From: Botryllus schlosseri
Lineage: Eukaryota
Assembly (NCBI GenBank): GCA_051294905.1
Contig: CM119371.1
Coordinates: forward strand, 40,178,001 to 40,242,000
Length of the DNA: 64,000 bases
Reading direction: 5' to 3'
In this document: positions 26,060 to 38,151 of the stretch, piece after piece
How the letters are laid out: every line of letters begins with the position of its first letter
Numbering within the stretch: the first letter of the stretch is position 1
Notes under the pieces: generated by a model
Databases searched by the model: none
What the model was told of the DNA's origin: nothing
What the model saw: the letters and a program-made list of their open reading frames with translations, nothing else
Position numbers and translations under genes: made by a program

Positions 26060-26620
26060 TTCAAGGGTTTAGTTCACCAACCTTTGGGCAACCACGGGCT
26101 ACTTTTGGGTACTGATGGAATCGACGGGCTACCATTTACTCCCGTCGTTTACCCGTTGCCCTACTATCTGTTTTTAAATTGATAGCACTGGGCAGGAAAC
26201 ACATTGTGGTAAGACTTCTAAGAGATTCTTATAAATCACAACATCTCATTTCAAATATCTTGCCACCAAGACTTTTTTAGAAATCACGAATTACTTCGCA
26301 CTATGTTTATATCAATTATTCAACTGTCAGCTCAAATTTTAAAATAAATCACATCACACCTTAGACTGGACATCATGCTATCTGTTCTTATATCAGTCAG
26401 TGGGAGGCCTGGTATTGCAGGCTATCAACTAGTGCGCTGTACTCGGGTATGTATAACTGGACACTGCAGCTCCTAGTGAGTGTTCCACATATCCATTAGT
26501 GAGGCGTGTTCTGTGTTTGTTTTTGATGAAGTTCATGTCGTCAAAGGCTGATTCACAACGATAATTTGAACCAAATACGCTTGCAACCTTCATAGCTGCT
26601 GCGCATTTAACCACTGTACT
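26060..26620 (-). mobile_element. Decayed hAT Buster/SPIN-type transposase 3' fragment
   Basis: AMKVASVFGSNYRCESAFDDMNFIKNKHRTRLT matches the 'FGSTY.CE..FS.M..IK.K.R.RLT' motif. Confidence 0.8.
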
Positions 26621-27278
26621 TTTCCGTGTCAACAAAGCCTCATAAGTTTGCTGCAGCTTTGTGGGCTTTGAGCTGGTGGTCATTTTGCGGGGTTACAAAT
26701 TCAATGTCCAACTATTCACCATCCAGACATGATAGATTTCATTATGCCTGACAGCAGCGTGAATTCCAGATTTTCTCATTTTTGGCCGAAGCCGGTTTGA
26801 AGCAGGATCAGTACGTTTTCTGATACGGCCGAAGTCGGATCGGAGCCGGATCAGTACTTTTTACCAATAATACGACGGCCTCAAACTCTTCCACCCTCGA
26901 ATGAATAGTTAAAGTGAAACCTTCATAGAAATAAACCAATGCTAAATCCAAGTTTGGCAAAATAACTTCAGATAAGGGCTGGGTTTGATCTTCGAGTTTT
27001 TAATGTCCTATTTGCATTGTTTCAATCAATATTCAATACCATCCTGTGAGTAGTTAGAAATATTATCGTAGTTTTTCGGGCCGGATCACGGTCATTTCTT
27101 GAATTCGGTCAAGGAGTAGGACCAGAGCTTTTAAAACCAGAAGCAGAGTTGGACCAGAGAATTTGTCGACCCGCTTCCCACTAATGTCTTCCTGAGTTCC
27201 TAAGTGGATGTCAAATTTGAATTAAAAAGTTGTACTCGATTTATACCGCGGTATAAGTCTGAGATAGGTTCTGGTTGT

Positions 27279-27400
27279 GACACGATTGTTGATATTTAAT
27301 GTTTTTACCATTCTCTACTAGTTGCTGACGATTACCCCAGACGAGTGTCAGCCGAAAATATTCGGGTTCATTTCACTATGAATATATTATTCAATTGTAT
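27279..27400 (+). mobile_element. Short Penelope pLTR fragment with mutated hammerhead (CAGACGA)
   Basis: High similarity to 38105-38223. Confidence 0.85.
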
Positions 27401-28668
27401 AGCAGCAGTGCAGAGCAGTGGTTCCTAACCTTGTCTCCAGCGTCCCTCAAGCGGAAACGCCCAGGGGTTGATATGGGGGGGGGGCTGAGATCAGGGGCAC
27501 AATATGGGGGACGATAAAGAAAAATGGCTTCGCAGTAGATGGTGTAGTATTAGGGCACATCCTTAAGGAGTATTCAGAGCAGATTAACAGTCCACAAAAT
27601 ATGTCATATCCTGAAATTTTTGGTCGCGCTATGCGACGATGTTTGCTACATATGTTTTCATAAATGTAGTGGATTATTATAATTCATGTAAAATAAATTG
27701 GACGTACTTTCAGATCGCCGATTTCCCATTAAAGCACTGCCATCACGCTTGCTAGGGTTACTTTCAACAAAATCTGTAGAACTAGGTATTATATCCTGCA
27801 GCGCATAACACGTGGAAATCGAAGAAGGAGGCACTGTACATCACTTTTGAGAATGAGAGCCCCTTTGTTGTTTGTCGACTACTATGGTCATTTACATCAG
27901 GCATATCTTCGTTTTTATTCCGTAGCTGTCGACTTGCAGCACGGCCAACTTCTAGGCTTTCATCAGACACCGCTTACACGCATGATAACGAGATGGAGCC
28001 TAGCTAGATAGGAGTTCTAGAATCGACCGTGGTCGGACTCACATCCGCAATCTATTAGTGTTGCAGCTGTGGATTATACTAATACGCTATCTCGCCACTA
28101 TGGCGCGCAAGCGATGTCTCAACAAAGCCTAAAAACGAAAATGGAGCCTTGCTATAGCAAAATTTTCCAAATTAGATTAGAATAAGAATTATAGTTACGC
28201 AGTATTTTTTTAAAATTAGACGAGAATTGGAGTATTGAATTAGAATTACTGAATTCGCGAAAAGTTGGACATTGAATGAAGTTCGGTTGATATCAAATCA
28301 GAGTTCATTCCTCAAAAGCATTAGAATAACAAACGTCTGTATAGAAAGCTTGGCTTTTCGCACTGTTCGGTCCTCCTGTAACATTTTCAAGAAAACTAGA
28401 AACGTGATTGGTATTCCAAGCAAAGATACACCTCCCAAATCAGATAAGGATTATAGGACCAGCATTTTGTTCTAATCAGTCCAACTTGACATTAATAATT
28501 ATCTAGTTGTCCATGTATGTGTGCTGTAAATCAACGGACCAGTAATGAAAATCGGAAATATCAGCCTGGTGTAAATGACCACAGTTCGTAACACCATGAC
28601 TTATTAGCAAATAAAGGCGTGACTCAGTTATGACATTCCCATAAATCTTTTGAAGAACGTCACCAAAG

Positions 28669-29183
28669 TACAGAACTTCAGTATACAATTAAATAGTATA
28701 TTCTTATTGAAATGAGACCCGAATATTCAGCAGCATACCAATACCGAGAAAACCATTACCGAGAATGGACATTAGCGAGAATGTCATTACCGAGAATGGA
28801 CATTAGCGAGAATGGACATTACCGAGAATGGTCATTATCGGGAATGGTCATTACCGAGAATGGCCAATGTCCAGAATATAGCTTACTGGGACTGACCTTG
28901 CCGCGAAATTTGTACCCGAGCATCGGTGCCGAATGTGGCAACGCCGTGATGCACTCACACGACCTGTGCATATGCATAACATGCCTGCATTGCATATATT
29001 GCATTCTCGGTAATGTCCATTCTCGGTGGTGTCCATTCTCGGTAATGTCCATTCTCTGTGGTGTGCATTCTCGGTAATGTCCATTCTCGTTGGTGTCCAA
29101 TCTCGGTAATGGCATTCTCGGTAATGGTTTTCTCGGTATTGACCAGACACCAATATTTTCGGCTGACACTCTTCAGGGGTAAT
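28669..29183 (-). mobile_element. Penelope pLTR fragment split by a MITE insertion
   Basis: 28669-28727 and 29152-29183 rejoin into the hammerhead-containing sequence. Confidence 0.8.
28728..29151. mobile_element. MITE with inverted arrays of a ~17-bp repeat (CATTACCGAGAATGGA)
   Basis: Tandem units at 28740-28863 are mirrored at 29000-29141; right end GACCAGACACC; AATATT on both sides. Confidence 0.8.
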
Positions 29184-29477
29184 CGCGCGAAATCAAGCAA
29201 TATTTCCTTCATTACAACGAATCAAGTCGACAGACAGAAGACAGAAGATCCCGACCTCGAGCACAAACATTACCGCGTTAGCATTCGTTGAAGGGACATT
29301 AAGGAGAAATTACACACTAACACTGGAAATAATATTTGTCCGATGTGATACGGATTTCATCCGATATAAGATCCCGAGACAAATCACGGCGCAAATCTGC
29401 GATTGGAGTGAGGTTTGGCGTTGCTGTGTAAATCGGGCAATATATTGCGTCCTCGTTACGAAATCATTTGTCTAGAT

Positions 29478-29832
29478 CAGTGGTTCCCAACGTGGGCGAT
29501 TTGGCGGCTTATGAGGGCGAAAATGACGAAGGGCGCGATAGGGGCGCGAAAATGGACAAAGGGGGCGACAGGGGGCGAAAATAGCGAGGGGGCGATGACG
29601 CGTTGAAACGACTATATTGGAGTCAAGTCGGAGAAATGACCTTTTTTCTTAGTCAACCCACGGAAATTTAGTTGCAAAAGTGTAAAACTCGACAACGAAC
29701 CGAAAAGTTTTTAGTCAATCCGCCGATGATTACAGATTGTATACCGATTTTTCGGTTCACAAAATTTTAGGGGCGATGATCGACGTTGAGCTTGAAAAGG
29801 GGGCGATGAGTCGAAAAGGTTGGTAACCACTG
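29478..29832. mobile_element. hAT/Charlie-type MITE (7704 family)
   Basis: CAGTGGTT TIR, perfect TSD GTCTAGAT. Confidence 0.92.
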
Positions 29833-29977
29833 GTCTAGATGCTTTACTATGGTCAGAATTCGCCACTATCGCGAGGGGTCCGTGGTCATAGGAGAAATGA
29901 ACAATTGGGCATGCGACAAATGGGTGGGTTAAGTTTTAGCTTTAGGGTTGATTTAGGGACTTAGGGTTACGGTTAGG

Positions 29978-30008
<31 letters not shown>

Positions 30009-31080
30009 AGGGATAATTTCATGGTTATGCCTGTGGTTAGGGTTAATTTTGGTGTTATAAAGTCAAATGCTTAAGTGACGAATGCTAAAGTGTCCATGCT
30101 CAACTGCCGTTTTTCATTGTGTCCCATTCTCATATTCTGGTAGGGCAATCATCGAGAGGGTATTACAAAGACACAAGTCAAATAACGTTTGCGGCTAGTT
30201 TATTCATTTGCGTTAGATTGTCAGTGCGTTGGCCTATTCATATTTAGTTTCGTCAGTATAACTACAACAGGTTTTCTTTCTACTCAATGTACAAGTGCAA
30301 GAAGCGATTTCCTATCCCTATCAAAACCACTTCAAGTGCAATAGAAAATGAAAGGTCGGAAAAGCACTCAAGTAAGTGGTACTGAGACTGGAATTTAGTA
30401 GACATTCGCAGATATCTCCTCGAGTCTCGGCTCTACCATGTTTCTATGTGTCGGAGGTTTATCTGGGCTCCTCATCGCCGATCCCGCTGCTAACGCAGTG
30501 CATTGATAAAAAGCCCAGAGGCAGAGTGAGCCGAGCTCCAAAGACGGCAGCAGAGACCCGAAGTGAACGCAATGAAAGCAAGAATGAATGTGTGAAAGTG
30601 TGGGAGTGCGCGAGCATGAAAAAAAAAGTGCAAAAGACCGAAAGCAAAGATACTGAACTGTACTAAATGCATTGTCGTGGCGCACAAGGCCTTCACAGGC
30701 GATAAGCGCCACTGTTGTTGTGTGTAATAATAATAGATATCTCCTTTCCAAATTGCAAGATGCATATTCCCGACTAAAGCAAAAGGACTAATTACCCTAC
30801 AAATATTATTTGATACCGGGGTGAAATTGCATGTTTGTTAGGGCAATTTAACCCCTAAACGTGTAACCAACATATGCCAAAACCACTCTTTGCTTTCAAA
30901 ATTCCAAGTCTGAAAAGTAAGTAGTTTGGACTTGAAGACTGTGAAATTGAAGTAGTAGTCCAAAGACATAACAGCCTGAGTAAATATGTAGTAGATGTAG
31001 GTAATACCCACTTGGGTACTCCGAAAAAGTACCTCATTACTGACAATCTATGCCCTATGGAGTTACGTTACACGTAATTG

Positions 31081-31144
31081 AATAGTATATTCATATTGAA
31101 TACTATTCAGTTTTATATTGAAGTTCTGTACCTCCAAGAAGCTC
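31081..31144. mobile_element. 64-bp minimal Penelope insertion (inverted arm plus tail)
   Basis: 13-bp TSD TTACACGTAATTG (31068-31080, 31145-31157); interior is pLTR 3'-end sequence in both orientations. Confidence 0.8.
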
Positions 31145-31557
31145 TTACACGTAATTGTAGACTCAAATCCATAAGCCTATAAATTCTACTTCGCGGTGGG
31201 AATTTTGTGGTAACACCTTGTTTCTTCTGTTCGTCACATATGATTCTATTACAACAATCGATGGGTATGCTATTTACCCTGGTTGGCGGACGTCCTGTTA
31301 TAAACTCACAATGAGGTCATCCAGCCAGCAAATAATCAAATATCAGCTTACAAAATACTTGTAGCATCACCTATAAAAGAAAGCCGGTCATTCTTGTACC
31401 ATAATAGTATAAAGTCAGTTCGGTATCGGATCAAGACGGACGTCTCAAGCATCCAATGACGATTTGCATATGGCATATGTGCTTGGAAAAGAATTAACTT
31501 TCGACTATTTGCGACAATACTTGGGTCTGAAGTGACTTCAGTAGCGATCCGGATATC

Positions 31558-32427
31558 ATGAGCTTGCTTGGAGCATATTTGTCGGCTATACTGTCACTGG
31601 TGAACTTTGTGACGGATATCTGCTCGGTTTGGATATACTGGATGCACACGGACGATAGTTTGGACGGTTTCTATGTAGCGCTAATCTCTACACTGATCTT
31701 ATTTATAAGTCCCATACCTATTACCATGGGTATAGCGTGTACCTTCACCAAAAGATCCACTAAAGTGGAAAAAACTTTGCGCAAAGCAAAAACGCTCGAA
31801 TTGACATTGACAGCTGTACCTCAACTATGGATCAGTTTATACGCTTTATCAGTGGGCGCAAATCTACTTTACGGGGAAAGAACACTATTACTCGTGTCAT
31901 CAGCTATGTCGTATTTATCAGTATGCGCGATCTTACCGCGTGCCGATAACAAAATGTTAAGTAAAACCTTTCAAAACGATTCCATGACTGACTTCGACCG
32001 TTTCGTGGTTAACGCCTCAAAATGTGCGATGTTTATGGCGCGAATTTTGTTGCTGGTTTACATGACCTCACAGATCGGATGGTATTATACGGCTTTGTTT
32101 TTTGGGACACATTGGATTTTGTTATCTGCTCTGTGTTTTTGTACGATTTCAAGACATTATACCAATCCGTGTCGAAATGCTGTTGACGCGATCGAATCAG
32201 GACTTTTGCATTTCTTCTCGTGGGTATGTCCAGTTAAGCGGTCTTGGTCTCATTTCTTCATAACGGCGTATTTTATTTTGGAGCACGTTCTAGCGTGGAT
32301 CTTGTTGCTGTGTTTGCCTAACAACCAATCTACTTTTCTCATCGTCAATGTACTGGCATTTCATGTGTTGATGAATACTATCGCTACTTTTTTCATGGTT
32401 GCGTATGTTATTAAGAAATGGCCGTGA
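31558..32427 (+). CDS. XK-related (XKR family) multi-pass membrane protein, intronless ORF
   Basis: 289-aa hydrophobic ORF with XK-family landmarks in order: NFVTDI in TM1, LELTLTAVPQLWISLY (cf. E..LES.PQL.LQLY), SSAMSYLS, ARILLL, FGTHW, YFILEH. Confidence 0.82.
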   Translation: MSLLGAYLSAILSLVNFVTDICSVWIYWMHTDDSLDGFYVALISTLILFISPIPITMGIACTFTKRSTKVEKTLRKAKTLELTLTAVPQLWISLYALSVGANLLYGERTLLLVSSAMSYLSVCAILPRADNKMLSKTFQNDSMTDFDRFVVNASKCAMFMARILLLVYMTSQIGWYYTALFFGTHWILLSALCFCTISRHYTNPCRNAVDAIESGLLHFFSWVCPVKRSWSHFFITAYFILEHVLAWILLLCLPNNQSTFLIVNVLAFHVLMNTIATFFMVAYVIKKWP

Positions 32428-33469
32428 GTTCGGATATAACTTATCCTGCTGCACTGAAGGGTTTACAATTACGCGGGAAGTAATATATAGCCAATTATTG
32501 CACGGAGTCTCCTAGTATTGCGCATAGCGAATATTCCTGCTGTGCGTCAACTTATACACCCGTTTCATTTAATTTCGTAAACAGCTTTTTCATTTCGATG
32601 TAATCAAGGTGATTTATTTATTTTCATTGCAAATCTTAGTCTCTAGTAGGCTATTTGTTTTTACCGAATGCATTGGAAAAATTCAAAAGGGCCAAAATCG
32701 ACTGTCACCAGACTGTTATTTCATGTCATGTGACGTACGAAAGCAATTACTTTAGTATGGACAAGACATTGTAAAAGAGAGGAGTATTCTTCACGGAGTG
32801 TGTGGCAGTCATACATAGGACTACTCCAGCATACTCAATGTATATCCATTTTTGTGAATATTGGTTGTAATCACAGCTAAAAGAAAACGTTAGATTCGGT
32901 GCGTGCTTCTTCATCATTCGTATCTCCTACTGTGTGACACAGTCACAGTTGCCAACGAACATTATAACGAATATTATAGCGCAATGCAACATTGTTCCTA
33001 ATGACATCGTGCCATTTGAAAAAATGACCTACATTGCCCCAATGCTTGCATCAGAATCAAAATCAATTCAGAATTATTATTCATCAAAAGTTTCGTGGAA
33101 TAAACGCGAACTGCGATACAATCAAACATGAAGAATACGTCGAAACAGCTTCTTTAATACACTCGATCAACTCTTACCTCGGCCTGCATGCTTGATTGGG
33201 CTGGACATTATCACAAAAATTAGGAAATTGCACATGATCTGTGCAGTATATGTGAGGCACGAGATGTCGGAATAACTGGACCATTTACGCCTCTCTTTCA
33301 AATCACGTAAAACGCGCCAGTTTATCCCACACGATAATCTTATAATTGGGGTGTCAAATCTGATTTTAAATAATTATACGTATTGCAATATAGGATTCTC
33401 AAAGCCCCTCGTAAATCACACAGGATGGGGTTTTGGCCTTGGATGAATTCGCAATACAAATAAAATCGT

Positions 33470-33633
33470 TTTAATGATATATTCATGACAGAAATATATT
33501 AAAACCCGAAGCTTTTCGAGCTAACACTATTCAGCGGCAATCGTCAGCGAATGGAGAATTTCAAAAGCATATTTCTGTCATGAATATATTATTAAAATAT
33601 ATATTATAGTTCTGTACCCCAAAGAGTCTCTTC
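33470..33633. mobile_element. Divergent Penelope pLTR insertion (inverted arm plus tail) with variant hammerhead on the minus strand
   Basis: Minus strand reads GCTGACG...CTGAATAG TGTTAGCT CGAAA AGCT TC GGG; tail GTTCTGTACCCCAAAGAG. Confidence 0.7.
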
Positions 33634-33824
33634 AAAAATAATCGATTAACACGCGAAATCTTCATATTTTGACTTATGGCCGACTACACAATGCACACGA
33701 TAAGTTGCCAACCCTTGGCCTACGGAAATATCGAAAAATTGGACAAGCAATAAAAATCAAGATACCTATTTCAATACGAGGCACAATGGAAGTAAAAGTG
33801 TCAGCCAAAACATATACCAGCATT

Positions 33825-34095
33825 TGAATAGCTTCTTGGGGGTACAGACTACAGAACCTCAATATAACAATGATTAGCATATTCATATTGAAATGAACCC
33901 GAATATATTAGGCTGGCACTCGTCAGGGGTAATCGTCAGCAACTAGTAGAGATCTGGAAAGAACATTGTATTGTACCATTGTTGATATAAAATGTTCTCT
34001 CCAATTCTCTACTAGTTGCTGACGATTGCCCCTGACGAGTGTCAGCCGGAAATATTCGGGTTCATTTCAATATGATTATTCTATTCAATTGTATA
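33825..34095. mobile_element. Tail-out inverted pair of Penelope pLTR fragments, both hammerhead cores mutated
   Basis: Minus arm ~33825-33975 includes the tail; plus arm ~33978-34095; both match 38110-38223. Confidence 0.87.
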
Positions 34096-34944
34096 TATTA
34101 GCTAGAATGTATTCCAGTTTCATACTCTTCTTTCTCCTTTCTGCGGATGATGTCATATATGAAGTGGCGGAAGAGCATTGTTTCAAGTCTATCGTTATAG
34201 CGTTGCTCCATTCGTTGCCTACAAACCCAGTATAAAAGTACGGTAATGTGACCGTGCCTTGCCTGTAATAATATATTGCGTTGTAGTCTACGATTCTCAC
34301 GGCGTCATGTTTTCATCACTGGCCGCGTGATGTGATTGTGATACTATCGTCTGTTCCAGGCGAATCACGTTGCAGACCACCTGATCTGCGAAGGTGTGGG
34401 CGAGGCGTGACTTATTACTAAGCGAATCGCATAAACCCGATATCAACTTCGGGCAGCGTGTCTAATGTCACGTCTAACGTCAACATTTGATCTAAGCAAA
34501 TCTTTTTGGTGTCGACATCAGACGCTGTTCACGAATCAATCTCGTCTAAACATCATTGGAGTATTGCCAGATCGCAGATCGCATATGTTATGTACCGGTT
34601 GGAATGTTTCCGTGCGGGCCGTTTCGATTTTTGATTGGGTAGAATCGCATGTGTGTTTGGTTTGTAAATAGCATTGTGTAATTTGCGTAATATGTATAAG
34701 TCTGACGTATTGTAACTCAATGTGCGAACGCACCCCACTTGATTTCGACGATGTTGTCAGTAATACTTAGTAGAAAAGTCACCATCTCTGATTGAACTAA
34801 CTACTTCGTTACAGCTTAATATTAACTTACTTTAATTGGCGTAAATATTTGTTATGCTCCGTACAGTATACACATTTTTTGTGGTTTTGTAGTTTTCGTT
34901 AGCATTTTACTTTTAGTAGCAATATCCCAATCGATGCTATATAT

Positions 34945-35122
34945 ACAATACATTGTATATAATGCCGGTGACGTCATTGTTGGTCATACGATTGTTGATT
35001 TACAATGTTCTTTCCAATTCTCTACTGGTGTTTGACGATTACCCGAAACCTTCGGATTTGTTTCAATATGAATATATTATTCAGTTACATATTGAGTTTC
35101 TGTACCTCCAAGAAACTTTTCA
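34945..35122 (+). mobile_element. Degenerate Penelope pLTR fragment, hammerhead core deleted
   Basis: Similar to 38085-38223 plus tail (CTGTACCTCCAAGAA); CTGACGA-stem II is missing. Confidence 0.75.
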
Positions 35123-36244
35123 AGTTGATATCATTTCTATATTATTATGTACGGATGCAGTAGCAGTAATTAGTCATCGGCCACCTCTACATATCTCGTA
35201 GATGTAAGACCAGTGGATTGTACGATTTACATATAGGACATTCCAGCAGACTGACCTGACAATACACTTCGCCTAACGCTGTACGAAATATGCGGTGTCT
35301 GGCCAATATATTCGTGTCTATCAGTCACACGCGGCATTCATAACATGCGTCAATCCCGTTCACAGCAACTGAAACGCCTACTTGCGATGCGAAAAGATGT
35401 CTTCAAACACAATATTGTTGTGTCATGACTAGGGTCTGCTGGTAATATTTCCTGGTTCAAACATACGGGATATCTCACTTCGAGTGCAGTTAAATTGCCG
35501 CATCACGTCGCTTTGAAATGGAATGACAGATTCCTCGCAAATAGGTAATAAACCCGGATAATTGAGATATCAATAAAACTCGATAACTTTGCAGTAAAAT
35601 TAGTATGCTGTAGCTTAAAGTTCCTCCGTCGAAAGAATCTGTTCCGTGTTCAGTTCAATGCTAATATGACAGATAGCAAATGGACGAGGATTGAGAAACC
35701 GCTCGGCCTGATCATTTCAACGCCCGCAATTGATATCAACAGGTATAAATAGCTACCACCACAAGCTTTGGTAACGCCGAAGTGTACGCGAACGGGTAAT
35801 TTACCGTTAATATATTGATCAATCTGTTTGGGTGAGGTCGATGTGAATAGAAATCGGTAATTCGATGAAGCAAGCCACTGCATCAAGTCGACCGAAATTC
35901 TGGCAGCATACGTCAAATGATACCACTGCTGAATCTCTCTTCTCAAATGGAACCGACAAGTTTTGCCTTCCAAGTTAATAAAGCTCGAATCTAGTTATCT
36001 CTATTGAAAGGATGGTAGCCTATGTTTACCAAGGTCATTGTATTTACGCCGTAGCGTAACGATGACTTCTGATCGCGTACCAGGGAAATACCTCAAGTAT
36101 AGTTCATAGGGAGGATAAAAAATGACGTATTCTATAGAACTGCTTAGGCAGGCCCACTGTATTTCTCATAGTCGTTATTTGAACAGCTTCTTTGAGGTAC
36201 AGAACTTCAATATACAATTGAATAGTATATTCATATTAAAATGA

Positions 36245-36288
36245 ACCCGAATATTTTCGGCTGACACTCGTCAGGGGTAATCGTCAGC
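36245..36288 (-). ncRNA. Minimal type I hammerhead ribozyme (left arm)
   Basis: Reverse complement of 38152-38195. Confidence 0.85.
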
Positions 36289-36379
36289 AACTAGTAGAGA
36301 ATTCGAAAGAACAGCGTATATCAACAATCGTAACACAAAATATGACGTCACCAGCACGAAATGTCGAATACGAGAGCGT

Positions 36380-36953
36380 TCAATGTACTATTTTTAGATG
36401 ATACACGAACTCTTTTTGTTGACACAGCCTTGGCTGGTGTATTTTGATAAAAGTCGACTCCAAGGCGCACAAATGAAAGTGTGAGCGACCCTTTCCGAGT
36501 ATGCGAAATCTGTCGTCTCGATAATTTTTCGCGCAGGCGGGATTATCCAACAAGTGTTTGCCAATTGCAGAATTTATGGCCTTTGATTGTTCCGCATCAA
36601 TCTTGAGCGGGTGAGTTAAGGGTGAGCTTTTCATCGAGCGTGTTCTAATGAATCTAGGGACATGCTGATTTATGCGTTCCTGCAATCGCTTTGACGTTCT
36701 TCCCACGTAGCCACAATCACAGTGACACTTAAATTCATAAACTACATTGCTTTGCTGAAGTGCGGGTAGCACGTCTTTACGTGTTGCGGGGAGCAGTTGC
36801 GCTGTCGTGAAAATCACGTTGGTCTTCACTGTGTCGTAACACTTATTGACCGCTGAAATCAATTGCTTTTCAAAGCGGGTGGAAATAGGCCCTATCCAAG
36901 GTAGATGGATGTAAACATCTTTGGTTGTTCGTTCGGTAGGCTCTGTTGACTTT
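36380..36953 (-). pseudogene. Inverted duplicate of the GIY-YIG endonuclease half of the Penelope ORF
   Basis: Translation identical to the C-terminal ~190 aa of the plus-strand ORF. Confidence 0.9.
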
Positions 36954-38060
36954 AAAATAGACGGCATATCGATGGGATCTCCCTTGGGACCTATTTTGGC
37001 TAACATTTTCGTAGGATTTTATGAGGTCGAGCTTCTCACCCAGCGTGTGTCCGCCAAACCGGTGTTGTACCGACGTTATGTAGACGACACTTTTGTCATT
37101 TTCAGAAATGAGATAGACTGTGATCAATTTCTCATTCACTTAAACTCGCTTCACCCGGCTCTGTTATTCACAATTGAAAAAGAACGAAATAACTCATTGT
37201 CATTTTTGGACGTTTTAGTCGAAAAACATGATACCAATAAATTTGAAACGTCAATCTTCCGGAAACCGACATTCACTGGCCAATACCTTCGTTGGAACTC
37301 ATTTAGTCCTAGACGCGGAAAAATCAACCTCATAGGCACCCTCGTGCATAGAGCGTTGATGATATGTTCGGGTAATAAACTGAACTCAGAACTTGACAAT
37401 ATCCGGAAAATCTTACTTGATAACGGTTACCCTGAACATGTCATCAACCGTGGCATAGAGAGGAAAGTAACGCATTTCAATGCAGAAAAGTCAACAGAGC
37501 CTACCGAACGAACAACCAAAGATGTTTACATCCATCTACCTTGGATAGGGCCTATTTCCACCCGCTTTGAAAAGCAATTGATTTCAGCGGTCAATAAGTG
37601 TTACGACACAGTGAAGACCAACGTGATTTTCACGACAGCGCAACTGCTCCCCGCAACACGTAAAGACGTGCTACCCGCACTTCAGCAAAGCAATGTAGTT
37701 TATGAATTTAAGTGTCACTGTGATTGTGGCTACGTGGGAAGAACGTCAAAGCGATTGCAGGAACGCATAAATCAGCATGTCCCTAGATTCATTAGAACAC
37801 GCTCGATGAAAAGCTCACCCTTAACTCACCCGCTCAAGATTGATGCGGAACAATCAAAGGCCATAAATTCTGCAATTGGCAAACACTTGTTGGATAATCC
37901 CGCCTGCGCGAAAAATTATCGAGACGACAGATTTCGCATACTCGGAAAGGGTCGCTCACACTTTCATTTGTGCGCCTTGGAGTCGACTTTTATCAAAATA
38001 CACCAGCCAAGGCTGTGTCAACAAAAAGAGTTCGTGTATCATCTAAAAATAGTACATTGA
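36954..38060 (+). CDS. 5'-truncated Penelope RT (C-terminal part) plus GIY-YIG endonuclease
   Basis: DGISMGSPLGPILAN, YRRYVDDTF, LSFLDV, IFRKPTFTGQYL, then NVVYEFKC..CGYVGRTSKRLQERINQH and LESTFI. The N-terminal RT is missing; the ORF-track start at 36921 lies in the inverted arm. Confidence 0.92.
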   Translation, partial: KIDGISMGSPLGPILANIFVGFYEVELLTQRVSAKPVLYRRYVDDTFVIFRNEIDCDQFLIHLNSLHPALLFTIEKERNNSLSFLDVLVEKHDTNKFETSIFRKPTFTGQYLRWNSFSPRRGKINLIGTLVHRALMICSGNKLNSELDNIRKILLDNGYPEHVINRGIERKVTHFNAEKSTEPTERTTKDVYIHLPWIGPISTRFEKQLISAVNKCYDTVKTNVIFTTAQLLPATRKDVLPALQQSNVVYEFKCHCDCGYVGRTSKRLQERINQHVPRFIRTRSMKSSPLTHPLKIDAEQSKAINSAIGKHLLDNPACAKNYRDDRFRILGKGRSHFHLCALESTFIKIHQPRLCQQKEFVYHLKIVH

Positions 38061-38151
38061 ACGCTCTCGTATTCGACATTTCGTGCTGGTGACGTCATAT
38101 TTTGTGTTACGATTGTTGATATACGCTGTTCTTTCGAATTCTCTACTAGTT

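Noticed and set aside
28712..29291. Repetitive ORFs and a CRISPR-like look of ACCGAGAATGG repeats
   Set aside because: Units are directly tandem with no unique spacers, are mirrored as MITE arms, and have no cas genes; the context is eukaryotic.
29930..30050. TTAGGG-like motifs as an interstitial telomere
   Set aside because: Few, degenerate and interrupted by (TA)n; more likely internal repeats of a small transposon.
30376..30765. Overlapping ORFs in a slightly GC-richer patch upstream of the XK-like gene
   Set aside because: No recognisable motif or clear splice structure; could be UTR or regulatory sequence, but unsupported.
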